From Malacoraja senta (Eukaryota): a DNA stretch of 64,000 nucleotides. Positions 1 through 10,769 of the stretch are shown piece after piece. The translations under genes were made by a program, and so were the position numbers. The notes under the pieces are model-generated. The model saw only the letters and a program-made list of their open reading frames with translations, searched no databases and was not told where the DNA came from. Numbering within the stretch: position 1 is the stretch's first letter; every line of letters begins with the position of its first letter. Location: the NCBI GenBank assembly GCA_038087875.1, contig JAXLNO010005716.1:1-64000 (forward strand). Reading direction: 5' to 3'.

Positions 1-2885
1 GGACTAGCCCAACATTGGGAACATTTTTCCTGCATCTAGCTTGTCCAGTCCTTATATAATGTTATATGTTTCTATAAGATTCCCCCTCATCCTTCTAAAC
101 TCCAGTGAATACAAGCCTAGTCTTTTCAACCTTTCCTCATGACAGTCCCACCATCCCAGGGATCAATCTCGCGAACCTTTGCTGCACTGCCTCAATCACA
201 AGGATGTCCTTCCTCAAATTAGGAGACCAATACTGTACACAATACTCCAGATGTGGTCTTACCAGTGCCCCATACAACTGCAGAAGAAGCTCTTTATTCC
301 TATACTGAAATCCTCTTGTTATGAAGGCCAACATTCCAATAGCTTTCTTCACTGCCTGCTGTACCTGCACGCCAACTTTCAGTGACTGGTGTACAAGTAC
401 ACCCAGGTCTCGCTGTACCTCCCCCTTACCTAACCTAACCCCATTGAGATAATAATCTTCCCCCTTGTTTTTGCCGCCAAAGCGGATAACCTCACATTTA
501 TCTATATATACCGCATCTGCCATGCATCTGCCCACTCACTCAACCTGTCTAGGTCACCCTGCAACCTCCTAACATCCTCTTCACAGTTCACACTGCCATC
601 CAGCTTTGTGTCATCCGCAAACTTGCTAGTGTTGCTCCTAATTCCCTCTTCCAAATCATTAATATATATGGTAAACAGTTGCTGCCCCAACAGAGAGCCT
701 TGCGGCACTCCACTCGCCACTGCCTGCCATTCTGAAAAGCATCCATACACTCCTACTCTTTGCTTCCTGTCTGCCAAATAATGTTCTATCCATGTCAACA
801 CCCTACCCCCAATACCATGTGCTCTAATTTTAGTCACCAGTCTCCCGTGTGGGACCTCATCAACGGCTTTCTGAAAGTCTAGATACACTACATCCACTGG
901 CTCCCCTTCATCCATTTTTACTTGTCGCATCCTTAAAAAATTCCAGAAGATTAGTCAAGCATGATTTTCCTTTCAAAAATCCATGTTGACTTGGACCAAT
1001 CCTTTTACTGCTATCCAAATGCCCCATTATTACCTCTTTAATAATGACCAGCATCTTTCCCACCACCGAAGTCAGGCTAACTGGTCTGTAATTCCCCGTT
1101 TTCTCTCACGCTCCTTTCTTGAAAAGTGGGATAACATTAGCTATCCTCCAATCCACAGGAACTGATCCTGAATCTATTGAACATTGGAAAATTATCGCCA
1201 ATGCATCCACTATTTCTAGAGCCACCTCCCTGAGGACCCTGGGATGCAGACCATCAGGCCCAGGTGATTTTTCATCCTTCAGTCCCATTAGCCTCCCCAA
1301 TACTATTTCTCGCCTAATGACATTTTCTTTCAGTTCCTCTACCCCCTTAGATCCTCTGTCCTCCAGTACATCTGCGAGATTGTTTGTTTCTTCCTTAGTA
1401 AAGACAGATCCGAAGTACCTGTTCAACTCTTCTGCCATTTCCATGTTCCCCATAATAATTTCTCCCGTAGGTAGACGTCTGAAGAAGGGTTTCAGCCCGA
1501 AAAATTGCCTATTTCCTTCGTTCCATAGATGCTGCCGCACCCGCTGAGTTTCTCCAGCATTTTTGTCTACCTTCGATTTTGCAGCATCTGCAGTTCGTTC
1601 TTGAACATAATTTCCCCCGTGTCTGCCTTCAAGGAACCCACATTTGACTTTGCTATTCTTTTTCCCTTAACATTATCAAAGAAGCTTTTACTGTCCTTCT
1701 TTACATTCCTGGCCAGCTTCCCCTCGTACTTCATCTTTTCAGCCCATATTTTTTCCTTCTGTTGTCCTATGAAAGTTTCCCAATCCTCTGGCTTCCGGCT
1801 ACTATTTGCTGTATTATACATCTTTTCATTTAGTTTTATTCTATCCCTATCTTCTCTTGTCAGTCACGGTTGCCTCCTACTCCCCTTAGAATCTTTCTTC
1901 CTTTTTGGAATGAAATGGTCCTGCGTCTTCCAGATTATGCCCAGAAATTCCTGCCATTGCCGTTCCACCGTCATTCCTGCTAGGATCCCTTTCCAGTCTA
2001 CCTTGGCCACCTCCTCTCTCATGGCTTCATAGTCCCCTTTGTTCAACTGCATCACTGACACTTCCAATTTAACCTACGCCTTCTCAAATTGCAGATTAAA
2101 ACTAATCATATTATGATCACTATCTCCAAGCGGTTCCTTTACCTCTACTTCTCTTGTCAAATCTGGTTCATTGGACAACACTAAATCCAGAATTGCCTTT
2201 TCTCTGGTCGGCTCCATTAGAAGCTGCTCTAAGAATCCATCTCGGAGGCACTCTACAAACTCTCTTAATTGAGGTCCTGAACCAACCTGATTTTCCCAGT
2301 CTGCCTGCATATTGAAATCCCCCATCACCACAGTGGCATTACCTTTGTTACATGCCAGTTTTAACTCCTGCTGCAACTTACACCCTACATCCGGGCTACT
2401 ATTTGGGGGTCTGTAGATAACACCAATTTGTATCTTCTTGCCTTTGCAATTCCTCAACTCAATCCACAGTGACTCTACCTCTTCAGTCCCAATGTCTTCC
2501 CTCGCAAGGAACTTAATTCCATCCCTCACCAGCAGAGCTAACCCTCTCCTCTGCCCACCTGCCTGTCCTTTCTATAGGCTGTATAACCCTGAATATTAAG
2601 TTCCCAGGCCCGATCCTCCTGCAGCCATGTCTCAGTAATCCCCACAATGTCATATCTACCAACCTCTAACTGAGCCTCAAGCTCATCTACTTTACTTTTT
2701 ATACTTCGCGCATTCATATACAAAACTTTTAATTCCTTACGCATCTCACCTTTCACATCGATCCCTATTACAGTTGACCATACACTCCTATCCCTTTGTG
2801 AGCTTTCTTTCCCGTTAATTCTGGGGTCATTAACTATCGCTTTACTCCTTTTCCCTTTAACTCCGTCCCTGACTATCCATTTGAC
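1..2885 (-). mobile_element. CR1-type LINE, degenerate ORF2 (APE endonuclease to RT), runs off window start
   Basis: Minus-strand ORF pieces LKVLYMNARSI (endonuclease), GVIYRPPNS, KSPGPDGLHPRVLREV, VVYLDFQKAVDEVPHGRL, VPQGSLLG, KFADDTKL; broken by frameshifts; Penelope-type repeat nested at ~1470-1610. Confidence 0.93.
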
Positions 2886-3033
2886 ACAACCCCCCCCCCC
2901 TTATTGTCCCAGACTGCATCATCTGTTGACCGTGGTGTGGTGAGGATTGGAGAGTCAGAGAACACAGTGTAATGAGGAATGGATGGTCACAGTGTGGGGG
3001 TCACAAAGTATCTCTATCGTTGGTCATTGTTAC

Positions 3034-3173
3034 CTTGACAACGGTGACGAAGGTACTGTAGAGGAAACTGATAATGAACAGGATGGCGAAGGCAGCAACT
3101 GTGAGCACATTGTCATCTCCATCCAAGTCCCCCGGCTCCTCCTTCCCTTCCTCTCCTGTCAAGTCTGTGCCGG
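3034..3173 (-). CDS. IgW: IgW transmembrane exon TM1: (A)GTDLTGEEGKEEPGDLDGDDNVLTVAAFAILFIISFLYSTFVTVVK
   Basis: Branch point actaac, pyrimidine tract and acceptor tgaag|; phase 1 start; acidic extracellular spacer; hydrophobic helix with Ig CART motif (F..LF..S..YST.VT.VK); donor AAG|gtaaca. Confidence 0.93.
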
Positions 3174-4099
3174 CTTCAGGACAAATGAGAAGGTGAGACA
3201 GTTAGTTTGCCGCGGATGTTTTGTGAAGATCAACAACGTGTGAATAAAATGAAGACAACAGGAGGACAGGAAGACAGGAGGTTCGGGTCAGTTCCACCAT
3301 TCAATGATATGTGGAGATCTATCACCAGCTCCACTGAGCTGTCTTTCCCCCACATCCATTAACATCTCGTATAGTCAAACTCTGCAATCTCAGATTTAAA
3401 AATCACCTTCAGACCTGGAACAAATGCCAACTGTGGAAGGCAATTCCAAACTTCCATGAGCCTCTGATAGACACAAAAAGCTGGAGTAACTCAGTGGGGC
3501 AGGCAGTATCTCTGGAGAGAAGGAATGGGTGAGGTTTCGTGTCGAGACCCTTCTTCAGACGCCATGACCCTCTTCCATGCAGCATGGCTGCCTCGAACTT
3601 TTAGACCCTGTACTTTGTATAAAGTTGGATTTCCATGAATCAGGGAGATCATTTGTAACCCAGGGAGCACTGTACACAACTAAAAATAATTCCTCCACAT
3701 CTAGTTAGTTTAGTTTATTGTCACGTGTACCGAGGTACAGTGAAAGCTTTTGTTGCGTGCTAACCAGTCAGCGGAAAGACAAAACATGATTACAAATGAG
3801 TCATTCACAGTGTATACATACACGATAAGGGATTAACGTTTAGTGTAAGGTAAAACCAGTAAAGTTCGATCAAAGATAGTCCGAGGGTCTCCAGTGAGGG
3901 AGATAGTAGTTCAGGACCGCTCTCTGGATGTGGTAGGATGATTCAGTTGCCTGATAACATCTGGGAAGGAACTGTCCCTGAATGTGGAGGTGTGTAAATA
4001 GATCATCTCAGGATAATCTATTCTGTTGCTCCCATTAACTTTGTGAAAACATCTAACAAATTTTTCTTTAGCCTTCTAAATGACAACATATTCAGCACC

Positions 4100-4790
4100 A
4101 TGAAAGTAAGCATGCAGGCAGGTACAGCAGGCAGTGAAGAAAGCGAATGGCATGTTGGCCTTCATAACAAGAGGAGTTGAGTATAGGAGCAAATAGGTCC
4201 TTCTGCAGTTGTACGGGGCCCTAGTGAGACCACACCTGGAGTATTGTGTGCAGTTTTGGTCCTTAATTGGAGGAAGGACATTCTTGCTATTGAGGGAGTG
4301 CCGCGTAGGTTTACAAGGTAAATTCCCAGGATGGTGGGACTGTCATATGCTGAGAGAATGGAGCGGTTAGGCTTGTATACTCTGGAGTTTAGAAGGATGA
4401 GAGGTGAAACTTATTGAAACATATAAGATTATTAAGGGTTTGGACACGCTAGAGGCAGGAAACACGTTCCCGATGTTGGGTGAGTCCAGAACAAGGAGCC
4501 ACAGTTTAAGAATAAGTGGTAAGCCATTTAGAATGGAGACGAGGAAACACTTTTTCACACAGAAAGTTGTGAGTCTGTGGAATTCTCTGCCTCAGAGGGC
4601 GGTGGAGGCTGGTTCTCTGGATACTTTCAAGAGAGAGCTAGAAAGGGCTCTTAAAGATAGCGGAGTCATGGGATATGGGGAGAAGGCAGGAACGGGGTAC
4701 TGATTGTGGATGATCAGCCATGATCACATTGATAGCTGGTTCGAAGGGCCGAATGGCCTACTCCTGCACCTATTGTCTATTGTCTATTTG
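4100..4790 (+). mobile_element. CR1 LINE 3' fragment with (ctattgt)n tail
   Basis: RT C-terminus LIETYKIIKGLDTLEAGNTFP plus typical 3' UTR and tail. Confidence 0.88.
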
Positions 4791-5453
4791 GGTGTGGTCC
4801 ACACACATTTAAAGAGCTGGTTCTTGCCACAGATTTGCCCATTCACTTCATGTATCCTTATCTCAGCAAGGACACCATCTAGATGCTCTGTTGACACTTC
4901 TGCTTGCCTTGTGTGAGCAGCAAACTTGATCATGTGGCTTTCTATCCGACATCTCAACTTTCAATAAATATAGTGAATAGCTTCAGCCCTGAACACATTT
5001 CCACAGGCAAAGCTCATCACTGGCCCTTCCTTCTGTAACTTTCCTCTTTCTGAATGAGTTTATCAAATGCATTCACAAAGATGATCAAAACTCCTTTCCC
5101 TCTTCATTAGCTTTGAATATTTTAAAGACCAGAAAGGTTCATCAGAAATGTGTGGGAAGGAACTGCAGATGCTGGTTTACACCGAAGATAGACACAAAAT
5201 GCTGGAGTAACTCTGTAGGACATGCAGCATCTCTGGATAGAAGGAATGGGTGATGTTTCGGGTCGAGACCCTCCTTCAGAATGTTCTATTCTTTGGACGG
5301 AGGAGACTAATACATGTATATTTACATAATCTGTAGAAATGTATAGAGTGAAAGACAATTTGCAATCTTAGATCCAGGTCACCTGTTCCCCACCAACTTG
5401 GCAACACCTCCCAAAACGCACCAACAGGGAACACCAACACTACATGTATATTC

Positions 5454-5459
5454 TTTATT
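5454..5459 (-). terminator. polyA signal AATAAA with downstream GU-rich element, 74 nt after reconstructed stop of the split tail exon
   Basis: Minus strand reads ttcAATAAAgaatatacatgtagtgttggtgttccctgttggtgcgtttt. Confidence 0.65.
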
Positions 5460-5532
5460 GAACATTGATAGGTTACATTGACACAAACACACATGTAGCA
5501 TCTCGTGGGGTCTCTGCAGGTTTCAAGCAGGA

Positions 5533-6215
5533 TCAGACCTGACACAAAGATGTTTTCATACAAACTGCAAGTTCTCTGAAACTTTGGTAATTGATGTTTC
5601 AAGAGTCAAGAGAGTTTTATTGTCATGTGTCCCAGATAGGACAGCGAAATTCTTGCTTGCTGCAGCACAACAGAATATGTAAACATAATACAGAACAGGA
5701 GATAAAAGTTCAGTGTGTCTATAGACCATAGACTATATATATACAATAAATGAACAGATAAAGTGCAATAGGCTGTTATTGTTCAGAGTTTGTTTGATGG
5801 CCTCATGGCTGTGGGGAAATGCCTATTCCTGAACCTGGATGTTCCAGATTTCAAGCTCCTGTATCTTCTTCCCGATGAGTGTGTGGCCAGGATGGAGTGG
5901 GTCTTTGATGATGTTGGCAGCCTTTTTGAGGCAATGACTGCGATAGATCCCTTCGATGGTGGGGAGGTCAGAGCCAAATGATGGACTGGGCGGTGGTCAC
6001 AACTTTCTGCATTCTTTTCCGCTCCTGGACGTTCAAGTTGCCGAACCAAGCCATGATGCAACCAGTTATGTTTAACCAAAAAGTTATGTTTGATTGGGAT
6101 TTGGTCTGGAATCCATTTTCATTCTCAGTTGACGTTCTCTCCCTGGCTGAGTAATGTGCACCGATGTGAACCCTGGAACACCAGTCTGTACGAGACACTG
6201 AATAGCAGTGACTTT
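5533..6215 (-). pseudogene. Putative IgW secretory-tail exon interrupted by a Rex/Babar LINE; reconstructed ESHCYSVSRTDWCSRVHIGAHYSARERTSTENENGFQTKSQSNITFWLNINYQSFRELAVCMKTSLCQV*
   Basis: Acceptor gtctctcccag| at 6215 in phase 1. Removing 5594-6067 (LINE plus one copy of target duplication ATGTTT at 5594-5599 / 6068-6073) gives a stop-free 69-aa frame with 4 Cys, stop at 5533-5535, then polyA signal. Confidence 0.6.
5600..6067 (-). mobile_element. 5'-truncated Rex1/Babar-like LINE with (cttga)n tail and 6-bp TSD
   Basis: TGCIMAWFGNLNVQERKRMQKVV...FPTAMRPSN RT C-terminus; tail caataaaactctcttgactcttg; flanked by ATGTTT repeats. Confidence 0.88.
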
Positions 6216-6344
6216 CTGGGAGAGACATTCCCATTCCTCAAGAGTAGCAACTGTTCAACTAACCACAACATGGTCTTGTTACTATCGGCACAATATCACA
6301 AGAGGAGATAACCACATTTGACAGTGTGCAGGAGATGGTTAGAC

Positions 6345-6900
6345 ACACTGATGTACAACCGGGCTCCTTTATCCAGAGTAGGGCAATCAAGAACCAGAGG
6401 ACATGGGTTTAAGGCGAGGAGGGGACAGATTTAATGGGAATCTGAGGGGCAACTTTTCACACAGAGGGCACTGGGTACATGGAATGTGCTGCGGGAAGAG
6501 GTAGTTGATGCAGAGACTATAACAATGTTTAAAAGTTATTTGGACAGGTACATGGACAGGACGAATAGTGAAAGGCCTGGATAGAGCGGATGTAAAGAGG
6601 ATGATTCCACTGGTGGGAGTGTCGAGGACCATAGCCTCAGAATTAAAGGAGGTTCCTCTGGGAAGATGAGGAGGAATTTGTTTAGTCACAGGGGTAGTGA
6701 ATCTGAGGAATTCATTGCCACAGAAGGCTGTGGAGGCCCACTCAATGGGTATTTATAAAGCAGAGATAGATCGATTCTTGATTAGTATTGGTGTCAAGGG
6801 GAAAGGGCAGGAGAATGGGGTTATGAAGGAGAGATAGATCAGCCATGATTGAATGGCAGACTTGATGGGCTGAATGGCCTAATTCTGCTCCTATCACATG
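6345..6900 (+). mobile_element. Two degenerate CR1 3' fragments
   Basis: Motifs aaccagaggacatgggtttaagg, aattcattgccacagaaggctgtggaggcc, tcagccatgattgaatggc. Confidence 0.75.
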
Positions 6901-7339
6901 AACATGAGATGATCAGTGATTTGGGCCAAACACGGGGAGATGGGACTAGTGTAGATCGGGCACCTTGGTTGGCAAAGGCAAGCTGAACCGAAGGGCCTGT
7001 TAACATCCTGTATAAATCTACGACTCCATGATCACTCCAATGCCAACACGCTTGTACCCAGCTCCATCCGCACAATGGACTTTCTGATGGACCTCTTTTC
7101 CAGTGTCGACAAACAATTGTACAAGTGCAAATACTCGACCCCACTCTTCAAATTAGCAGCAAGACAACTAGTCTGAGATGCCACACACAGAGGGCCGACA
7201 ACAATAAGTGGACTGACCCTGTGACACTAATTTTGAAGAACAGCAGGCTTGGTCTTCTCAGTGTCCTGGCTACTGAGGAGTTTTGGAATAAACTGAAGTT
7301 GTGAAAGCACAGAAATATTTAGCATTGTGCCCTAGTCCT

Positions 7340-7845
7340 GGTTGCATTGTGGCCTGGTTCAGCAACTTCAACGTCCAGGAGTGAAAAAGACTACAAAAAG
7401 TTGTGACCATTGCCCAGTTCATCACCGGCTTTGACCTCCCCACCGTCGAAGGGATCTATCATAGTCGCTGCCTCAAAAAGGCAGCCAAAATCATCAAGGA
7501 CCCACACCATCCTGGCCACACACTCATCTCACCATTGCCATCAGGAAAAAGTTACAGGAGCCTGAAAACTGTAACGTCCAGGTACAGGAACAGCTTCTTC
7601 CCTACAGCCATCAGGCTATTAAACACAACGAATAAGCTCTGAGCTCTGAACCGCAAAAGGTTATATTATTGTTTGTTATTTGCACTATTTGTTATTTGTT
7701 GAACTTTTTCTTTTTTTCTCTTCCCCCGTTATGCACTATGTTTACATATTCACATATTCTGTTGTCCTGCAGCAAGTAAGAAATTCCTTGTCCCGTCCGG
7801 GACATTGGACAATAAAACACTCTTGACTTCTTGACTCTAGTCCAG
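7340..7845 (+). mobile_element. Rex1/Babar-like LINE 3' fragment (LINE-A)
   Basis: DLPTVEGIYHSRCLKKAAKIIKDPHHPGHTLISPLPSG; 3' UTR ending caataaaacactcttgacttcttga. Confidence 0.87.
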
Positions 7846-7969
7846 GCCTCTTGGTTATCACTCACTCACTCACACACTACAACACCTGTCCTTCAGTGCT
7901 AAACTTGCCTGGCCCTATTTTGTGACGGGGTAAAAGATGTGATGATTAGAGTGAATCCCAGCACCGTAC

Positions 7970-8287
7970 CTTGAAAGCTTTTCACTTCTCGGCTGATACT
8001 GGTGTTCGAGGGGGGATGAGACACTGTACAGCCGAAGACTGAGCCTTTCTTCCAATCCTCTGAACTCACAGTCAGGAAGTGGCTGGCACTGAAAGTCCCC
8101 CCCTGCTCCAGAGCAGTCGGTGTAGCGCTGGTGGTGGAGGAGATCGGGGCTCCGTCTTTCTCCCAAGTGACGTTTATGAGGTCCGGGTAGAAACCAGAGA
8201 GCACACACTCGAGGGTGGCTGTGTGGCTACGCTTGGTCTCTTGGTGACCTGGAGGCAGCAGTCTGACCTTGGGTCTTTTTGTTTCAA
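7970..8287 (-). CDS. IgW: IgW extra constant exon CH4c (CH4 paralogue, 318 nt)
   Basis: ttccag| acceptor, G|gtacgg donor, phase 1/1, open frame VETKRPKVRLLPP...TLECVLSGFYP..VTW..DW..GSVFGCTVSH; both canonical Cys and Trp; ~74% aa identity to CH4 by manual alignment. Confidence 0.9.
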
Positions 8288-8329
8288 CTGGAATAGAGGA
8301 GCAAAGTAGACGTGAGTCCCTCTTCCTCA

Positions 8330-8667
8330 AGGGCCTGTCCCACATACGCGACTTTTTCGGCGACTGCCGGCACCCATCATATGTCGTTACAGGTCGCCGA
8401 AAATTTCCAACATGTTGAAAATCTAGCGGCGACCAGAACAAGGTACGACTCTTTGGGCGACTACTCACGACCATGCAGGCTTTACCCCGCGACATGTCGC
8501 CAAGGTGTCGCCTGTATGGTCGTGAGTCTCCTCAGTCGCACAAAGAATCGTAGCGTCTCTCTGGTCGCCGCTGGATTTTCAACATGTTGAATATTTTCGC
8601 CGACCTACAGTGACCTATGACGGGTGCCGGCAGTCGCTGAAAAAGTCGTGCAAGTGGGACAGGCACT
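8330..8667. mobile_element. Harbinger-like foldback MITE (338 bp), TSD TCA
   Basis: TIR AGGGCCTGTCCCAC, near-palindromic interior, TCA at 8327-8329 and 8668-8670. Confidence 0.8.
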
Positions 8668-8713
8668 TCATGGTAACTAATGTTGGCCGTATCATTGCCG
8701 ATCTCTCGCCCAC

Positions 8714-9016
8714 CTTTGGCACTTTCTGTCCGTGCTGACACTGGTGAGGATGATGGAGATCGTTGGGCAGAGCACACAACCTCCACCCCGCTGGTCCATT
8801 CCTCCACACTGCTCCGGAGTTTACTGCTCACTCTGTCTTGGGTCTTTTCCCCTCTCGGTTGGTGGGTCACAGCCCCTGTTGTTCTCTCCCTTCCGCTCAC
8901 TTGCCAGTAGATTTGGACCTGGCTTAGATCAGCACCCATTACCACGCACACCACAGTAGCGGTCTTGTTGATCCAAATCTCTTCAGTGGAGGGGTTTTGG
9001 ATAAAGACAGACAATT
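8714..9016 (-). CDS. IgW: IgW extra constant exon CH3c (CH3 paralogue, 303 nt)
   Basis: ctgcag| acceptor, G|gtgggc donor, phase 1/1, open frame ELSVFIQNPSTEEIWINKTATVVC...W...VEEWTSGVEVVC; ~60% aa identity to CH3 by manual alignment. Confidence 0.9.
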
Positions 9017-9136
9017 CTGCAGATGAGAAATAGGAAGCTTACAAACCAGCCAAGGTCTGGTGTTGTCGTCACCGATCAACTGCACTCTGACAACTTGCAT
9101 TCATTTTCCAGACTCACTTTATTGACGTGTGCACAA

Positions 9137-9895
9137 GGAACAACCTCTCTCTCAATGTCTGCAAAACTAAAGAGATGATCGTGGACTACAGGAGACAGCA
9201 GGGGAGTGGACACCTCCCCATCCATATCGGTGATGCTGAGGTTGAAAGGGTCAGCAGCTTCAAGTTCCTCAGTGTACACATCAATGAGGACCTCTCCTGG
9301 ACACTGCACACGGACACAATAACAAAGAAAGCCCGCCAGTGGCTCTTTTTCCTGAGAAGACTGAGGAAGATTGACATGAACGCCAGCATCCTCACAAACC
9401 TCTACAGATGCACCATCGAGAGCCTGCTGACGGGCTGCATCACAGTCTGGTACGGGAACTGTTCTGCCCACAGACGCAAATCACTACAGAGTGGTGAAGG
9501 CGGCACAGACACATCACTGGCAACTGTCTCCTGGCCATTCAGGACATTTTCCACCGGCGGTGCCTGTGGAAGGCACACAGCATCATCATGGACCACAGCC
9601 ACCCAGCACACAGACTGTTCTCCTTGTTACCGACAGGCAGACGATACAGGAGCATGGCTGCAAGTACCACCAGACTTAAGAACAGTTTTAATCATCAGGC
9701 CATTTGGCTAAATACTATATTATTATTTGTTATTTGCACTATTTGTTATTTATTGATCTTTTTCTTTTTTTCTCTTCCCCCGTTATGCACTATGTTTACA
9801 TATTCATATATTCTGTTGTCCTGCAGCAAGTAAGAATTTCCTTGTCCCATCCAGGACATATGACAATAAAACACTCTTGACTCTTCTTGACACTA
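9137..9895 (+). mobile_element. Rex1/Babar-like LINE fragment, apparently chimeric (LINE-B ORF plus LINE-A type 3' UTR)
   Basis: CTRNNLSLNVCKTKEMIVDYRR, VERVSSFKFL, KKARQWLFFLRRLRK; from 9716 nearly identical to 7662-7845. Confidence 0.87.
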
Positions 9896-10025
9896 GTCCA
9901 GGCCTCTTGGTTATCACTCCCTCACTCACACACTACAACACCTGTCCTTCAGTGCTAAACTTGCCTGGCCCTATTTTGTGATGGGGTAAAAGATGTGATG
10001 ATTAGAGTGAATCCCAGCACCGTAC

Positions 10026-10343
10026 CTTGAAAGCTTTTCACTTCCCGACGGATACTGGTGTTCGAGGGGGGATGAGACACTGTACAGCCGAAGACTGAGC
10101 CTTTCTTCCAATCCTCTGAACTCGCAGTCAGGAAGTGGCTGGCACTGAAAGTCCCCCCCTGCTCCAGAGCAGTCGGTGTAGCGCTGGTGGTGGAGGAGAT
10201 CGGGGCTCCGTCTTTCTCCCAAGTGACGTTTATGAGGTCCGGGTAGAAACCAGAGAGCACACACTCGAGGGTGGCTGTGTGGCTACGCTTGGTCTCTTGG
10301 TGACCTGGAGGCAGCAGTCTGACCTTGGGTCTTTTTGTTTCAA
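10026..10343 (-). CDS. IgW: IgW extra constant exon CH4b (CH4 paralogue, 318 nt)
   Basis: ttccag| acceptor, G|gtacgg donor, phase 1/1, open frame with canonical Cys/Trp; 4 nt differences from CH4c. Confidence 0.9.
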
Positions 10344-10385
10344 CTGGAACAGAGGAGCAAAGTAGATGTGAGACCCTCTTCCTCA

Positions 10386-10723
10386 AGATCCTGTCACATT
10401 TATGCGACTTTTTCGGCGACTGCCGGCACCCATCATATGTCGTTGCAGGTTGGCGAAAATTTTAAAAATGTTGAAAATCCAGCGGTGACCAGAACAAGGT
10501 ACGACTCTTTGGGCGACTACTCATGACCATGCAGGCTTCACCCCACGACATGTCGCCAAGGTGTCGCCTGTATGGTCGTGAGTCTCCTCAGTCGCATAAA
10601 GAATCGTAGCGTCTTTCTGGTCGCCGCTGGATTTTCAACATGTTGAAAATTTTTGCCGACCTACAGTGACCTATGACGGGTGCCGGCAGTCACCAAAAAA
10701 GTCGCGTAAGTGGGACAGGCCCT
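10386..10723. mobile_element. Harbinger-like foldback MITE, duplicate of 8330-8667
   Basis: Same position in the CH3b-CH4b intron, TCA TSDs at 10383-10385 and 10724-10726. Confidence 0.8.
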
Positions 10724-10769
10724 TCATGGTAACTAACGTTGGCCGTATCATTGCCGATCTCTCGCCCAC

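Noticed and set aside
7899-7969. Intron read-through tail GTVLGFTLIITSFTPSQNRARQV* after CH4c (same after CH4b)
   Set aside because: Identity is explained by the recent duplication; the upstream CH4 gives a different short read-through; too short for a TM helix; only LINE-derived antisense AATAAA nearby
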